Assembly: GCA_002633005.1 (NCBI GenBank) | Contig: NMRA01000850.1 | Coordinates: forward strand, 57,273-121,272 | DNA from: Phoronis australis | Taxonomy: Eukaryota; Animalia; Phoronida | DNA length: 64,000 bases | Direction of reading: 5' to 3' | Shown: positions 35,322-46,882 of the stretch, piece by piece | How positions within the stretch are numbered: position 1 is the stretch's first letter | How the letters are laid out: each line of letters begins with the position of its first letter | Made by a program: the position numbers and the translations under genes | The notes under the pieces: generated by a model | Databases searched by the model: none | What the model was told of the DNA's origin: nothing | The model's input: only the letters and a program-made list of their open reading frames with translations

Positions 35322-36499
35322 CTTAATTAGCGTTGAGGAATACTGCATTAGGGATTTTACGCAATTACGATTGAATATTTCGTTGTTGTACGCGACATAA
35401 TGTCATCAGTTTTTTAAGACATTGACTTTTTTGTTTAAAATGCATGGAGATTCCTGAAGGTGGCTGGTGTGAACCATTCCAGAAAGGTAATCTGGGTGTG
35501 TGGACAAAAGGCTGTGGAGAGCAGCACGTGGATTATGCAGAAGTACATATCCGATAGTACTTTACATGGAGCCAGGACTTGATAGGCGATTACAACGAAA
35601 CTATATCGACCAGCTGTTGCTATCTATTTTTGTGTAAATAATTCTTGTATTTTACCGATCAACGAGGAAATCATAAATTTTATACCATACTTTGTTAAAA
35701 ACGGGCCCATGAAATGACAAGAAAAAATACGAGATTCGACGAGTTTTAGATCATTAATAGAATTTGCATAGATGATTCCATTATATTTTTTATAAAAGCC
35801 TCAAACCATTACTCAATAGTTGGAGAGTTCTGAGAAAAATAAACCATGATCTCGTGCGGTGTTAACTCCACATCTTACAAACAGAAAAACGTTCGAAAGC
35901 TTATTCCCACATTCTGTTTCCTCTAAACAGGGAAATTTCCATGTTTTCTGTTGTATTAGAATACTACAGGCTAAAGATTACATTAAATTAACCTCTTGAT
36001 TAATGAACGTTTTTGCGCATGTACTTATCTTGAGAAATTTGGTTCGGAATTTTTATATTCAAAGTTTCAGAAACAGAGTATTCAGTTATTGCCAATTGAC
36101 ATGGGAAATTAGATTGATGATTTTGTGACACCAATTAGAGGAAGTGGTGTGGTGTAATGCTACCCCACGCAGAATTCCCTATTAATTTGTTCAGTCATTA
36201 ATTGTTGCTATATACGACGTTTATGTAAATTTAATCGTCACGTACGTAGACGTATATTTCCAGAGCGATACAATAACTGCCAAACGCAGTTCTGTGGCGC
36301 TTTCCTTACGAGTTCAGAGAATTAGACAATGCTTATGCATATTGACCTTTCGAACACATAGAATCAACCAAGAACATGTCACGGTTTAAAGTGCAAGAAA
36401 AATCTCGTTAATTATCCCCAAATTAACGTGGAAATTATCACATCCGAGAAGAAAGTCAAAATTAATACAAAATTTAAGTTAAAAACTTGATTCTTTCAT

Positions 36500-36594
36500 G
36501 AAACAGACTTGAGACAAATTCAAGTTTTATCTTGAAATTGACTGAAATTTAAGATTTGTCTTGGGTAAGTCAGTTTTCTTGGCACAGGGCCCTG
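36500..36594. mobile_element. MITE family C, terminal fragment
   Basis: Reverse complement aligns to the left end of 8604..8859 (AAAACTGACTTA..AAGACAAATCTTA...AATTTGTCTCAA). Confidence 0.65.
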
Positions 36595-37306
36595 ATTTGT
36601 TGCACAAATAATAATTATTATGCAAAGTGGTACGATTGAAAGACATACAGTTAAACGTTGGGGGCCAAAGGCATTCATCATATGTTTGGACTTGTAACAA
36701 AAGCTCAGCTGTATCCTTCACGTGTTAGAGTGAGTACCTGGAATTTCCGAAAATAGGTCCACCCAAAAGTACGTCTATTGGTGTAGTATTTTAGATAACT
36801 GTTCGCATGTTTTGAAAATCTGATGAATTGTTCTAAAACGCGTATATAATATGTTTTGATAGGAAGTTTTGTTTATTTTGGCAGGACAATATACTCTGGG
36901 ATCGCAATTTCACTCAAATGACTCAGTAAGGAGACATTGGTTGATAACTAACCGTATTAGCACAGGATAAAGGATAGTATTATTGCGCAGTGTTTGCTGA
37001 ATGCGAAATAAGTATGCAGGAATAAAATTCTTACTAGTGAGACACAACTACATACATTACAAAGGAAGTTTGTATTTAAACTGCACCGCCTGAGCGTAAT
37101 ATCACAGTTTCTGTTGGTCAAATAAAGTGTACAGAAAATGTTGGTTGCATACATTAAAGAACTATTTGAATTGACTTTTATCAGTATAAACCAACAGTCT
37201 TTTTAATTTGGAGGACTACCAATTATACGTTTTTTTGAAAACTGTTGCATGAATCTCCATGATAGCAAGTAACAGCATATGTTCACGAAAACAACAACGG
37301 TTTTAA

Positions 37307-37354
37307 AACTTGACATGTTTCGGTGTCATTTATTAAACACCATCCTCAGAAGTC
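37307..37354 (-). ncRNA. Minimal type I hammerhead ribozyme (identical inverted copy)
   Basis: Exact reverse complement of 38017..38064. Confidence 0.85.
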
Positions 37355-38016
37355 ATAATACAGTGGCCACCTAGCTAGGCCCAGCAACAAGTAATGAAGC
37401 ACAGATACAGTCAGTTACAGGGAGTGACAATGAACTATACCAACAATGACAACCTGTGGTGTGTCAGTTGCCTATTGAGATTGGGCTTGCACCAACTGAT
37501 ATGTAAAGCCTCACGAATTTTAAGCTCCTTTGTTGTTACTGCCTGGTCTATTATTGCAAAGTCATTGAAAGAGCACTGCTGATAACAATGATTGGAGCTC
37601 TGCAGNNNNNNNNNNNNNNNNNNNNNNNNNNNNNNNNNNNNNNNNNNNNNNNNNNNNNNNNNNNNNNNNNNNNNNNNNNNNNNNNNNNNNNNNNNNNNNN
37701 NNNNNNNNNNNNNNNNNNNNNNNNNNNATCTAAATTCTGACAGGAATTCACATGTAAATATTCACCTGCAGAGCTCCAATCATTGTTATCAGCAGTGCTC
37801 TTTCAATGACTTTGCAATAATAGACCAGGCAGTAACAACAAAGGAGCTTAAAATTCGTGAGGCTTTACATATCAGTTGGTGCAAGCCCAATCTCAATAGG
37901 CAACTGACACACCACAGGTTATCATTGTTGGTGTAGTTCATTTTCACTCCCTGTAACTGACTCTATCTGTGCTTCATTACTTGTTGCTGGGCCCAGCTAG
38001 GTGGCCACTGTATTAT

Positions 38017-38064
38017 GACTTCTGAGGATGGTGTTTAATAAATGACACCGAAACATGTCAAGTT
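38017..38064 (+). ncRNA. Minimal type I hammerhead ribozyme
   Basis: GACUU-CUGAGGA-U-GGUGU(uuaauaaaug)ACACC-GAAA-CAUG-UC-AAGUU: intact core, 5-bp stem II, 5-bp stem I, palindromic ACAUGU stem III, GUC cleavage triplet at 38057-38059. Confidence 0.85.
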
Positions 38065-38882
38065 TTAAAACCGTTGTTGTTTTCGTGTTGCATGAATAAT
38101 GACTGATATTGTTTTGCTTTAAAACTACATCATAAATTGTTTGACCCAGTTTCCAAAAATACGCTCCCCATGTCGGAAAATACGTCCAGACGTATATTCG
38201 GTTTCATTTGAAGTTTTTGAAAGATCGTTTTTCGAATATACGCCCATGGGCCTATTTTCTGAAATTTGCAGTAGGCCTACGACCCACAGTGCTTATCTCC
38301 GTCTGTGACTGACTGGCGTACGACCTACATGTAAGTATATTTGTCTCGGTCGTAGCACCACTGCGCGGATTAGTTTCCTGAAGTAATTCATGCGGCCACT
38401 TTTGGCAGTGTATTTTAAACTACTATTCACAGGTAACTGTTTCTTTAGTGTTTAGTATCTTTTAAAAAGTAAATCGGTTGAGTATTCCCACAACCTGATC
38501 TTCATCACCTGTACGCCTTCGATGTCCACATGCAAAGCTTTGCCTACACATGTAACAACGTGTGGTGTTTCAGACGGAAAAGCATGACATTATCTTCCCA
38601 TGTAATATAGGACATAAAAACAATACCCTGTAACTGCTTTCGATAATCGGGCTTTAATATCGATATAAACGGTTCATTTCAGAACAAACTCACAAAATGT
38701 CCTCCATTTCCTCGAAATGTTGTTTGACAGATCTTGGTGAGCCAACTCGTAGTGTAGCCGGTCTCTCCATCTGGTGACACTTTTCAAAAACATTGTTATT
38801 GCTTAATATTAGAACTAATACGTATTAATATTTACATAGAATGTTGTTTGCTGAGGTTTGTTTAAAGTGGCATTATCGGTAA

Positions 38883-39037
38883 CAAATATGGTTGGCCCCA
38901 GTTAGTATTCGAACCAGGACCCTTCGCGGTGCAAATATGGTTGTCCAGATTGATCCCAGCGAGTATTCGAACCAGGACCCTTCGCGGTGCAAATATGGTT
39001 GTCCAGATCGGTCCCAGCGAGTATTTGAACCAGGACC
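38883..39037 (-). repeat. Tandem repeat (58-bp period, about 3 units) carrying Pol III B-box-like GGTTCGAATAC on -
   Basis: CAAATATGGTT at 38883, 38932 and 38990; each unit contains GTATTCGAACCAGGACC (third copy GTATTTGAACC). Confidence 0.8.
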
Positions 39038-41825
39038 AATCTCAGTGGAAGAACTGACCCCTCAATAAATGACAGAGTATTTCAAAGGTATTTAAAGATC
39101 CATTTCGAGCTGTATTCCTTTTCTAAAGACTGAAGCCTTCATTAATTTATTTTTCTTTAATGTGACTACACTAAACAGTTGTGGTCCGAAGAGCAAACAT
39201 TGTTAGAAATACCTCATGTAGTGACATACATGTATGTTTACCTGAAGGTGTAACATTAGACGCTTATGTTGGAACAAACTTTAATTCATGTTGTTTTAAC
39301 AGAAGCAAATTTAACAATTTCAAAAGTAAAGTATGTTACAAGGTTTCATTAAGACAAAAAGTTGCTTACACAGAATTTGAACTCCGACAACAGTCTGGAG
39401 GACTCTCTCCTACGACATTTTTAGAAGATCCTCTTTATCTTTTCACACTGGAGCTACTTCATATAAATAAATTAATCAAATAATAAGCGATATATAAATC
39501 TATGTGTGGGTGTGTGTTTGTTCGCATAAATGACAATTTATAAGTTTGATAAAAGTAAACAAGTCCATGGCCTGAGTGGAGCAGTTATGTTATGGTTAAT
39601 AGGTGCCTGTGAAAAGGGAGAAATTTAAAAAGGAGGTAAACACATTTTTTATCTCGGCGTAACTATAGCTAGCTCTTCAGAGCAAATGACGACGTCTTGT
39701 TACTCGTATCATGTAACTGTACAGAGAGAAACATCATTTTTCATAGACAAACGTGGATGCGCTTATTAAAAAAGTTACCTTGAAATTGTATGGCTATATC
39801 GCTGGTCGACAACATAATTGAGCAACTCAACGACGACATATAATTCCGAATAATTTAAAAAGTAAAGAGAATTACTATTTGACTATCCAGGTAAGTCACT
39901 AATTGCTTCTTTAAATGACGCGCGTGATTTATCTACAGTTGTAATATGCGATTTACAGGAAAACAAGACATTAGGTGTAGGTAGACAGCAAATTAATCAA
40001 TCAAGTCTGATAAATAATAGTCATCATTCTCTTAATCACGTTACCTATTGTAGTTTCTATATTGGTCGTACCTTGCTCTTTGTTTCCTTCGATCTTCTGT
40101 TCAATCAAGTTCATTTGCATAATAGGAAACCAGCACATCATCGAATTAAACATCCAACCGCTAACAGAGACTTGAAAGTTTGATAGCAATGTTGCAAAAC
40201 CGTTATAGTTCAAATCGTCATACCTGCCCGCTTTTATGTTTTTTTTGCACTGCCAGCACGCAAAAACAACGCTTGATATTTGCGTGATTCATTAGAAATA
40301 AATTGTTTGCCTGTTTAATATTGCATATCAAAATCTGGAAACGTAACACATAAGAGTACTGTATATCAATTAATCGACGAAGGGAGAATTAACTACACCG
40401 CCTGAGCTGTTAATTTCTTAGTGGGAGTTGATGTGTTGTTATTCATTTATTTTTGACCTAATGCAGATTCCAGTTCTATTTGCAATCATTTGCTGTAGCG
40501 ATTTTATTACCTTGTTGATGACAGTATCTAGCGCCTTGTATTGTATATTCAGAAGGCTATGGCTTTAAGAAAAGAACTGCTCTCCGTGTAAATACTCTGG
40601 ATGTACATTTAAATTTACGTATTTATGTATGAGTAGGCAAAGCAACAATAAATGATATTATTATTATTATTATTATTGTAGATGTACTATTGCACAGAAA
40701 GCTGTGAGATACCTCAGAGTAGTTGTCAGTGAAAGCGCGCCTGAGTTGAACAGGCAAAGCCAATTTTTAAGCTGGTAGTTGGCGCTTTTTCATTCCTATT
40801 CGCGATAATTTAAACCATATAAGCAATGTAAACACAAACAACTTATTTCCTGAGTCTAAAGAACACTTAAGTTTTATTTTCCAGAAAATGCTGTTAAAGG
40901 CAATGAATGTCGGGTAAATATTTAGGCTCTTTTTTAGTTCTATCTTTTTTGAAAATTGATGCAGTGATGCGGTACTCTGGTACTTGGCCACAATTTAATA
41001 AAGAAAAATCACCTAATGTCAGCTAAAATGATCCTTCATTCATTTTTACTTCTAGTGACACCTGGATAAGGCCCATTATTGAACGTATACGTGTGTATTT
41101 TTATGCATACTGCACATCATACTGACCAAAAAAACGTAGAGAAAAACATGTGATTTGGCAAGATCTGTCGCCGAGACTTCTTTCCCAAAAGAAACACAAG
41201 CCACGTAATTAAAAACTCATAAATTAAACATTATTGATGCAAGAAGTGTTGTGATCAAGCAGTAATTTATCAGAAAAAAATCACTTTGTTACTGAACTTT
41301 CAAAAGATTGGAAAATTAGCCGAGATGACATGTTCTAGCAGGAGACCTCTCCTTCGCTCGTGCAGAAGATCATCATGACCACGTGCACGCCGGGTTCACG
41401 AAATAGGTCATTGATTTTGTGCTCCATTGCAGTTAAATGGTTGTATTTCGTAAGCCAACACTATACTGCTTCACCTTACTTTACTTAAGTGCCGTCAACA
41501 CACAGAACATGTTACTCATTGAACGAATTGTCGGTAGGTTAGAGGGCGTGTGTGGGCGCTATCTTAACTATGGTGCAACTTGACCCACTTGTGACAACTT
41601 ACTCTACCTTATCAAGGTAAGGTAACGTGTTCTAGGGTAACTTGCGCCACTTCTAATCGTTGTGTGGCCGCAAACCTGGAGCAAGACCGAAGCAACTATC
41701 AGCTGTGGTTACATACAGGCGAGTCTTTTGGTGCGCCGTATTCGCACCAGCTGTTCATTGTAATGCACAGAGCGACATCTTCCGCCTTGCGCTAGTTATC
41801 GGACAAGTCAGTGTGGACGCTTCAC

Positions 41826-44800
41826 TTATTGTGGAGCAAGTTGCACTAGTGAAAGTTATTTTAGGGCAAGTCTGTGTGCGGACAGGACTTTAGGTCCTGC
41901 CAGATTATCTCCACACGCGGCATTTTCAGACAAAATAGCATGACATAATTTTGTAATGTTGTGCACCGAAAGTAATGTCAAGCTATAATTTGACAAATGG
42001 GTTTCATTTCTTCTGCTGTCCTTTCTCGTAAAATGTCTCTTTGCCGAACTATTTTTGAGCGGACTCACGAAATGTCGTCAACATATGGTTTGGCAGTTCT
42101 TGTTGACTGCGCACCACTGACCAATTTGAGAGAAATGAACTATTTTGTTTGCGCACTGTCTCACATTAGTAACATAATGCATACTAGTTTTAGGTTACGT
42201 AGCAAATGGTTCGGGACTATTCCTTTTCAACCAGCACCACCTGGGGTAAGCTTTGAAGCACAGCTGAGTCGGACCCTAACCAGAACCATCCACTATATCA
42301 TACTCTTTAGCCTGAAGAGACAAAAGTGCTTCTACCAAATACACCGCATCATTTGAAAAAATGGGATAAAAAGAGTTGTCTACTGTTTGTATTTGACTAC
42401 ATGAGACATATTTCAACTGGCTGCTACCGATGACCGGCTTGAATTCAAGTCATTGTTTGTCGCAGGAACAGGGTCATAGCCTCAGTTCATTGCACGAATT
42501 GCATCAGGTCAAAATTCATTTCTATTTTGCGTTTAGTCTCCTATTCATTGCAAACTGTCCCCATGTTGCCACTCCTGTCAGCCACCATGGTGACCAACAA
42601 TATCGCGTTTAGCACCCATGATGAATACTTCTAGGTACACCAGTGCGCATGAGTACCGTTTTTTTTGTTTAAAAGGTTTCTGGGGTAGTCATTGAAATAA
42701 TAAGCTCCTTGCGTGAAACAGTGATCCTATTTAAGGTTTTAACATTTTCCATGTCTAAGAGGAGGAAGCCTGACAAGGAGGTTTATACTCAGAAGCAAAA
42801 AGAAAGGGGTGTGAAGGTGCCTTGTATGACGACCACGAGAGAAACGGTCAAGTTTTCAGGTTGCCGCTGGAGAGAGGGTGAGGTTGTAGCGCCGAGGATG
42901 ACGAGTGGAAGCAGAAGGCAACTGAAAGGACTGCATGGTAAAATTGTATTCACTCCTAATGCCACAGTTAGCTTTACTCAGTGGGGTACCAAAGTAGAGG
43001 GACAATGTTGAGTATAGAGCTTACATTTCTTTGCGGTTTGTCATCAATTTTTCCCGGCCCATCTGACGCAAAACTATTTCTGTTGCCGCCCACAATTCCT
43101 TTACGTGCCCCCTTAGAGGTGGCACTCGGAAAACATGCCACCCCTCGCCCTCATATCACCTGCCGATGCTTTGCTTTAGTAGAGGTCATTTTTATGGAAT
43201 GAAAATTCTGCACGCCAGATTTAGACCAGCTAAAAGAGACCCGGGGGCGTTACAACGTTGAAAAACAATAATCATGGAAAGAAAACTTTGAAGTCCAGTT
43301 TGACAGGTTTAAGAATGACTTTTTCTACATCTGCAAGGCTGTGCATTGAGGCGGCTGAACAATGGAGCTAAGAATATTTTCTGAAAGTAGAAGGATAGTA
43401 GACCAATTACCTATCTGTCATTGATCGGGAGACATCTTTTTAGTAAAATCTGGCACAATCACAGTAACGCAATCGAATCAATAACATCACCAAATTGCTT
43501 TTGATATAAATTACCTTTTCGTTGTTGTTTAAATCAAAGTGATATTTTTCTCACCAATAAAACTATAGCAAATTATGTGAAAACGAAACATATTAAAAGC
43601 AGTGTTAAAAATTCCCAGAAATTTGAGATCTGAACAGTCAGTTCTGAGACAAATTTTGAACAATGTTGTTTACTCATAACCATAATCAACTCATTTCATG
43701 ATTTTCGTGATTGGACTGTAGAGGAAAGCCATGAAAAGATGCGACAGAGAGATACGTACCTTTACATTGTGTAAGCTGGGCAATTCTTCAGATGATGAGT
43801 TTTTACATGGGGGTGAGCAGAATCTCGTGAATTACTCAGACATGACGAGAGTTTGCATTGTCTGGAGAATATTTTTCTTTGACCAATGTGCATGCGCTGG
43901 CTCGTACGCATCAATAACATCGTAAAAACAGATTTCTCACAATGGCGTGTCGTGATGGTTATAAGCCCTGCAACTTTTACGAAGTAATTAAGCTGTACAC
44001 GGGTGAGTGTCTCTATTGTTTTCACCAGTGCTAGATACAATTTNAGTTGGATATGAAGCATGAAGGGCTCTATAATAGTATTTGCCCAAATAATAGGATT
44101 TATGTCAGAGTGCCATAAATCTCATTATTGTGGAGCAAGTTGCACTCGTGAAAGTTGTTCTAGGGCGAGTCTGTGTGCGGACAGGACTTAAGGTCCTTCC
44201 AGATTATCTCCACACGCGGTATTTTCAGACAAAAAAGCATGACATAATTTTGTAATGTTGTGCACCGAAAGTAATGTCAAGCAATAATTTCTGCTTTGAT
44301 AAATGGGTTTCATTTCATCTGCTGTCCTTTCTCGTAAGATGTCTCTTTGCCGAACTATTTTTGAGCAGACTCACGAAATGTCGTCAACATATGGTTTGGT
44401 AGTTCTAGTTGACTGCGCACCACTGACCAAACTGAGAGAAATGAACTATTTTGTTTGCGCACTGCCTCACATTAGTAACATAATGCATACTAGTTTTAGC
44501 TTATGTAGCAAATGGTTCGGGACCTTTCCCTTTTACCCAGCACCACCTGGGGTAAGCTTTGAAGCACAGCTGAGTCGGACCCTAACCAGACCCAGTCACT
44601 ATATCATATTCTTTTTGCCTGAAGAGACAAAAGTGCTTCTACAAAATACACCGCATCATTTGAAAAAATGGGTGGTTGTCTACTGTTTGTATTTGACTAC
44701 ATGAGACATATTTCAACTGGCTGCTACCGATAACCGGTTTGAATTCAAGTCATTGTTTGTCGCAGGAACAGGGTCATAGCCTCAGTTCATTGCACGAATT

Positions 44801-46292
44801 GCATCAGGTCAAAATTCATTTCTATTTTGCGTTAAGCCTCTTATTCATTGCTAACTATCCCCATGTTTCCACTCCTGTCAGCAACCATGGTCACCAAAAA
44901 TATGGCGTTTAGCACCTCTGATGAATACTTCCGGGTACACCAGTGCGCATGAGTACCGCTTTTTTGTTTAAAAGGTTTCTGGGCTAGTCATTGAAATAAT
45001 AAGCCCCTTGCGTGAAAAAGTGATCCTATTTAAGGTTTTAACATTTCTCATGTCTAAGAAGAGGAAGCCTGACAAGGAGGCTTATACTCAGAGGCAAAAA
45101 GAAAGGTTTGTGAAGGTGCCTTGTATGACGCCGCTGGAGAGAGGGTGAGGTTGTAGCGCCGAGGATGATGAGTGGAAGCAGTAGGCTACTGAAAGAACTG
45201 TATGGTATAATTGTATTCACTCCTAATGCCAAAGTTAGCTTTACTCAGTGGGGTACAATATTGAGTATAGAGCTTACATTTCTTTGCGGTTAGTCATCAG
45301 TTTTTCCCGGCCCATCTGACGCAAAACTATTTCTGTTGCCGCCCACAGTTCCTTTTCGTGCCCCCTTAGAGGTGGCACTCGGAAAACATGTCACCCCTCG
45401 TCCTCATTTCCCCTGACGATGCTTTGCTTTAGTAGAGGTCATTTTTATTAATTGAAAATTCTGCACGTCAGATTTAGACCACTTAAAAAGAGACCCGGGG
45501 GCCTTTCAACGTTGAAAAACAATAATCTTGAAAGAAAACTTTGAAGTCCAGTTTGAAAGGTTTAAGAGTGACTTTTTCTACATCTGCAAGGCTGTGCATT
45601 AAGACGGCTGTGCAATGCAACTAAGAATATTTTCTGAAAGTAGAAGGATAGTAGACTAATTACCTATCTGTCATTGATTGGGCTACATCTTTTTAGTAAA
45701 ATCTGGCACAATCACGGTAACGCAATCGAATCAATAACATCACCAAATTGCTTTTGATATAAGTTACCTTTTCATTGTTGTTTAAATCAAAGTGATATTT
45801 TTCTCATCAATAATACTATAGCAAATTATGTGAAAACGAACTATATTAAAAGCAAGTCGTACCAGTGTTAAAAATTCCTAGAAATTTCAGATCCGAGACA
45901 AATTTTGTACTGTACTGTTTACCCATAACCACAATCAGCTCATTTCATGATTTTCGTGATTGGACTGTAGAGGAAAGCCATGAAAAGATGCGACAGAGAG
46001 ATACGTACCTTTACATTGTGTAAGCTGAGCAATTCTTCAGATGATGAGTTTTTACATGGGGGTGAGCAGAATCTCGTGAATTACTCAGACATGACGGGAG
46101 TTTGCATTGTCTGGAGAATATTTTTCTTTGACCAATGTGCATGCGCTGGCTCGTACGCATCAATAACATCGTAAAAACAGATTTCTCACAATGGCATGTC
46201 GTGATGGTTATAAGCTCTGCAACTTTTACGAAGTAATTAAGCTGTACACGGGTGAGTGTCTCTATTGTTTTCACCAGTGCTAGATACAATTT
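41826..46292 (+). repeat. ~2.2-kb direct duplication (41826..44043 and 44125..46292)
   Basis: Collinear copies from TTATTGTGGAGCAAGTTGCACT to CAGTGCTAGATACAATTT with scattered substitutions and several indels; copy 1 ends exactly at the single N at 44044. Confidence 0.95.
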
Positions 46293-46636
46293 ATGGAATC
46301 ACCGAGGAAAAATACTGTTTCTAGTACATAGAATTGATAATTGTCACCGCTAGTTTACGAAAACATGTGCCTGCTATTGCGAATACCTGCAAGTCCCATT
46401 TGAAAGAAATGAGTAAGACTCTAAACGTGCAATCGGCTGGAGTCACCTGTGGGATTGACAATTCTAATTGTAATGTCATGCAACCCTTACCGATGCGACG
46501 ACACACGTGGTGCTGGCAGCCGTTTTTTGAACTCTTGTAAGGGATTAAATGTCCTTGCGGTCTGATGTTTTAGGTATTTCATGAATTGCAATCCAGGTTT
46601 GAAATATGGTATTCAGGCAACAAGCTAGGTGCAAAC

Positions 46637-46882
46637 GACCTGTCTCTCGAACAGTCTATTGGCTTTTGTCTCGGCTTAACCTTTTTCACGAAAACAAGCT
46701 AAGGCTGAAAGTCAGAAAGTCTCTCTGACAAGTCGAAGTCATAACACAGAAATCCGTAGTCTGCTCTACTAGACAGACAAGCGCTTCGAGAAAACTATAG
46801 ACAAAAACCCCAGTTATTCGTAGATTTCTGACTTTAAGTTATAGTCAAAAGACAAGTCAGTAGTCTCTTCGAGAAACATGTC
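46637..46882. mobile_element. MITE with ~30-bp imperfect TIRs
   Basis: GACCTGTCTCTCGAACAGTCTATTGGCTT ... AAGTCAGTAGTCTCTTCGAGAAACATGTC. Confidence 0.6.

Larger units (their letters stand above)
37284..38087. mobile_element. Penelope-like element: two inverted (head-to-head) 3' ends around an assembly gap
   Basis: Arms 37284..37605 (-) and 37766..38087 (+), 322 nt each, about 5 mismatches. They encode a GIY-YIG C-terminus (SHVNIHL..C..C..NDFAIIDQAVTTKELKIREALHISWCKPNLNRQL). N-run 37606..37727. Confidence 0.85.

Noticed and set aside
37606-37727. Poly-X ORFs at 37551..37751 and 37592..37936
   Set aside because: Open only because of the N gap; only the GIY-YIG C-terminal portion is real sequence.
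38883-39037. tRNA gene or CRISPR-like array
   Set aside because: No cloverleaf or A box; the whole unit is repeated with no unique spacers; eukaryotic context with no cas genes.
41997-44704. Paired 119-aa and 133-aa ORFs (MGFISSAVLS...) as duplicated genes
   Set aside because: Similar only because of the DNA duplication; C-termini differ by frameshift; no domain or splice support.
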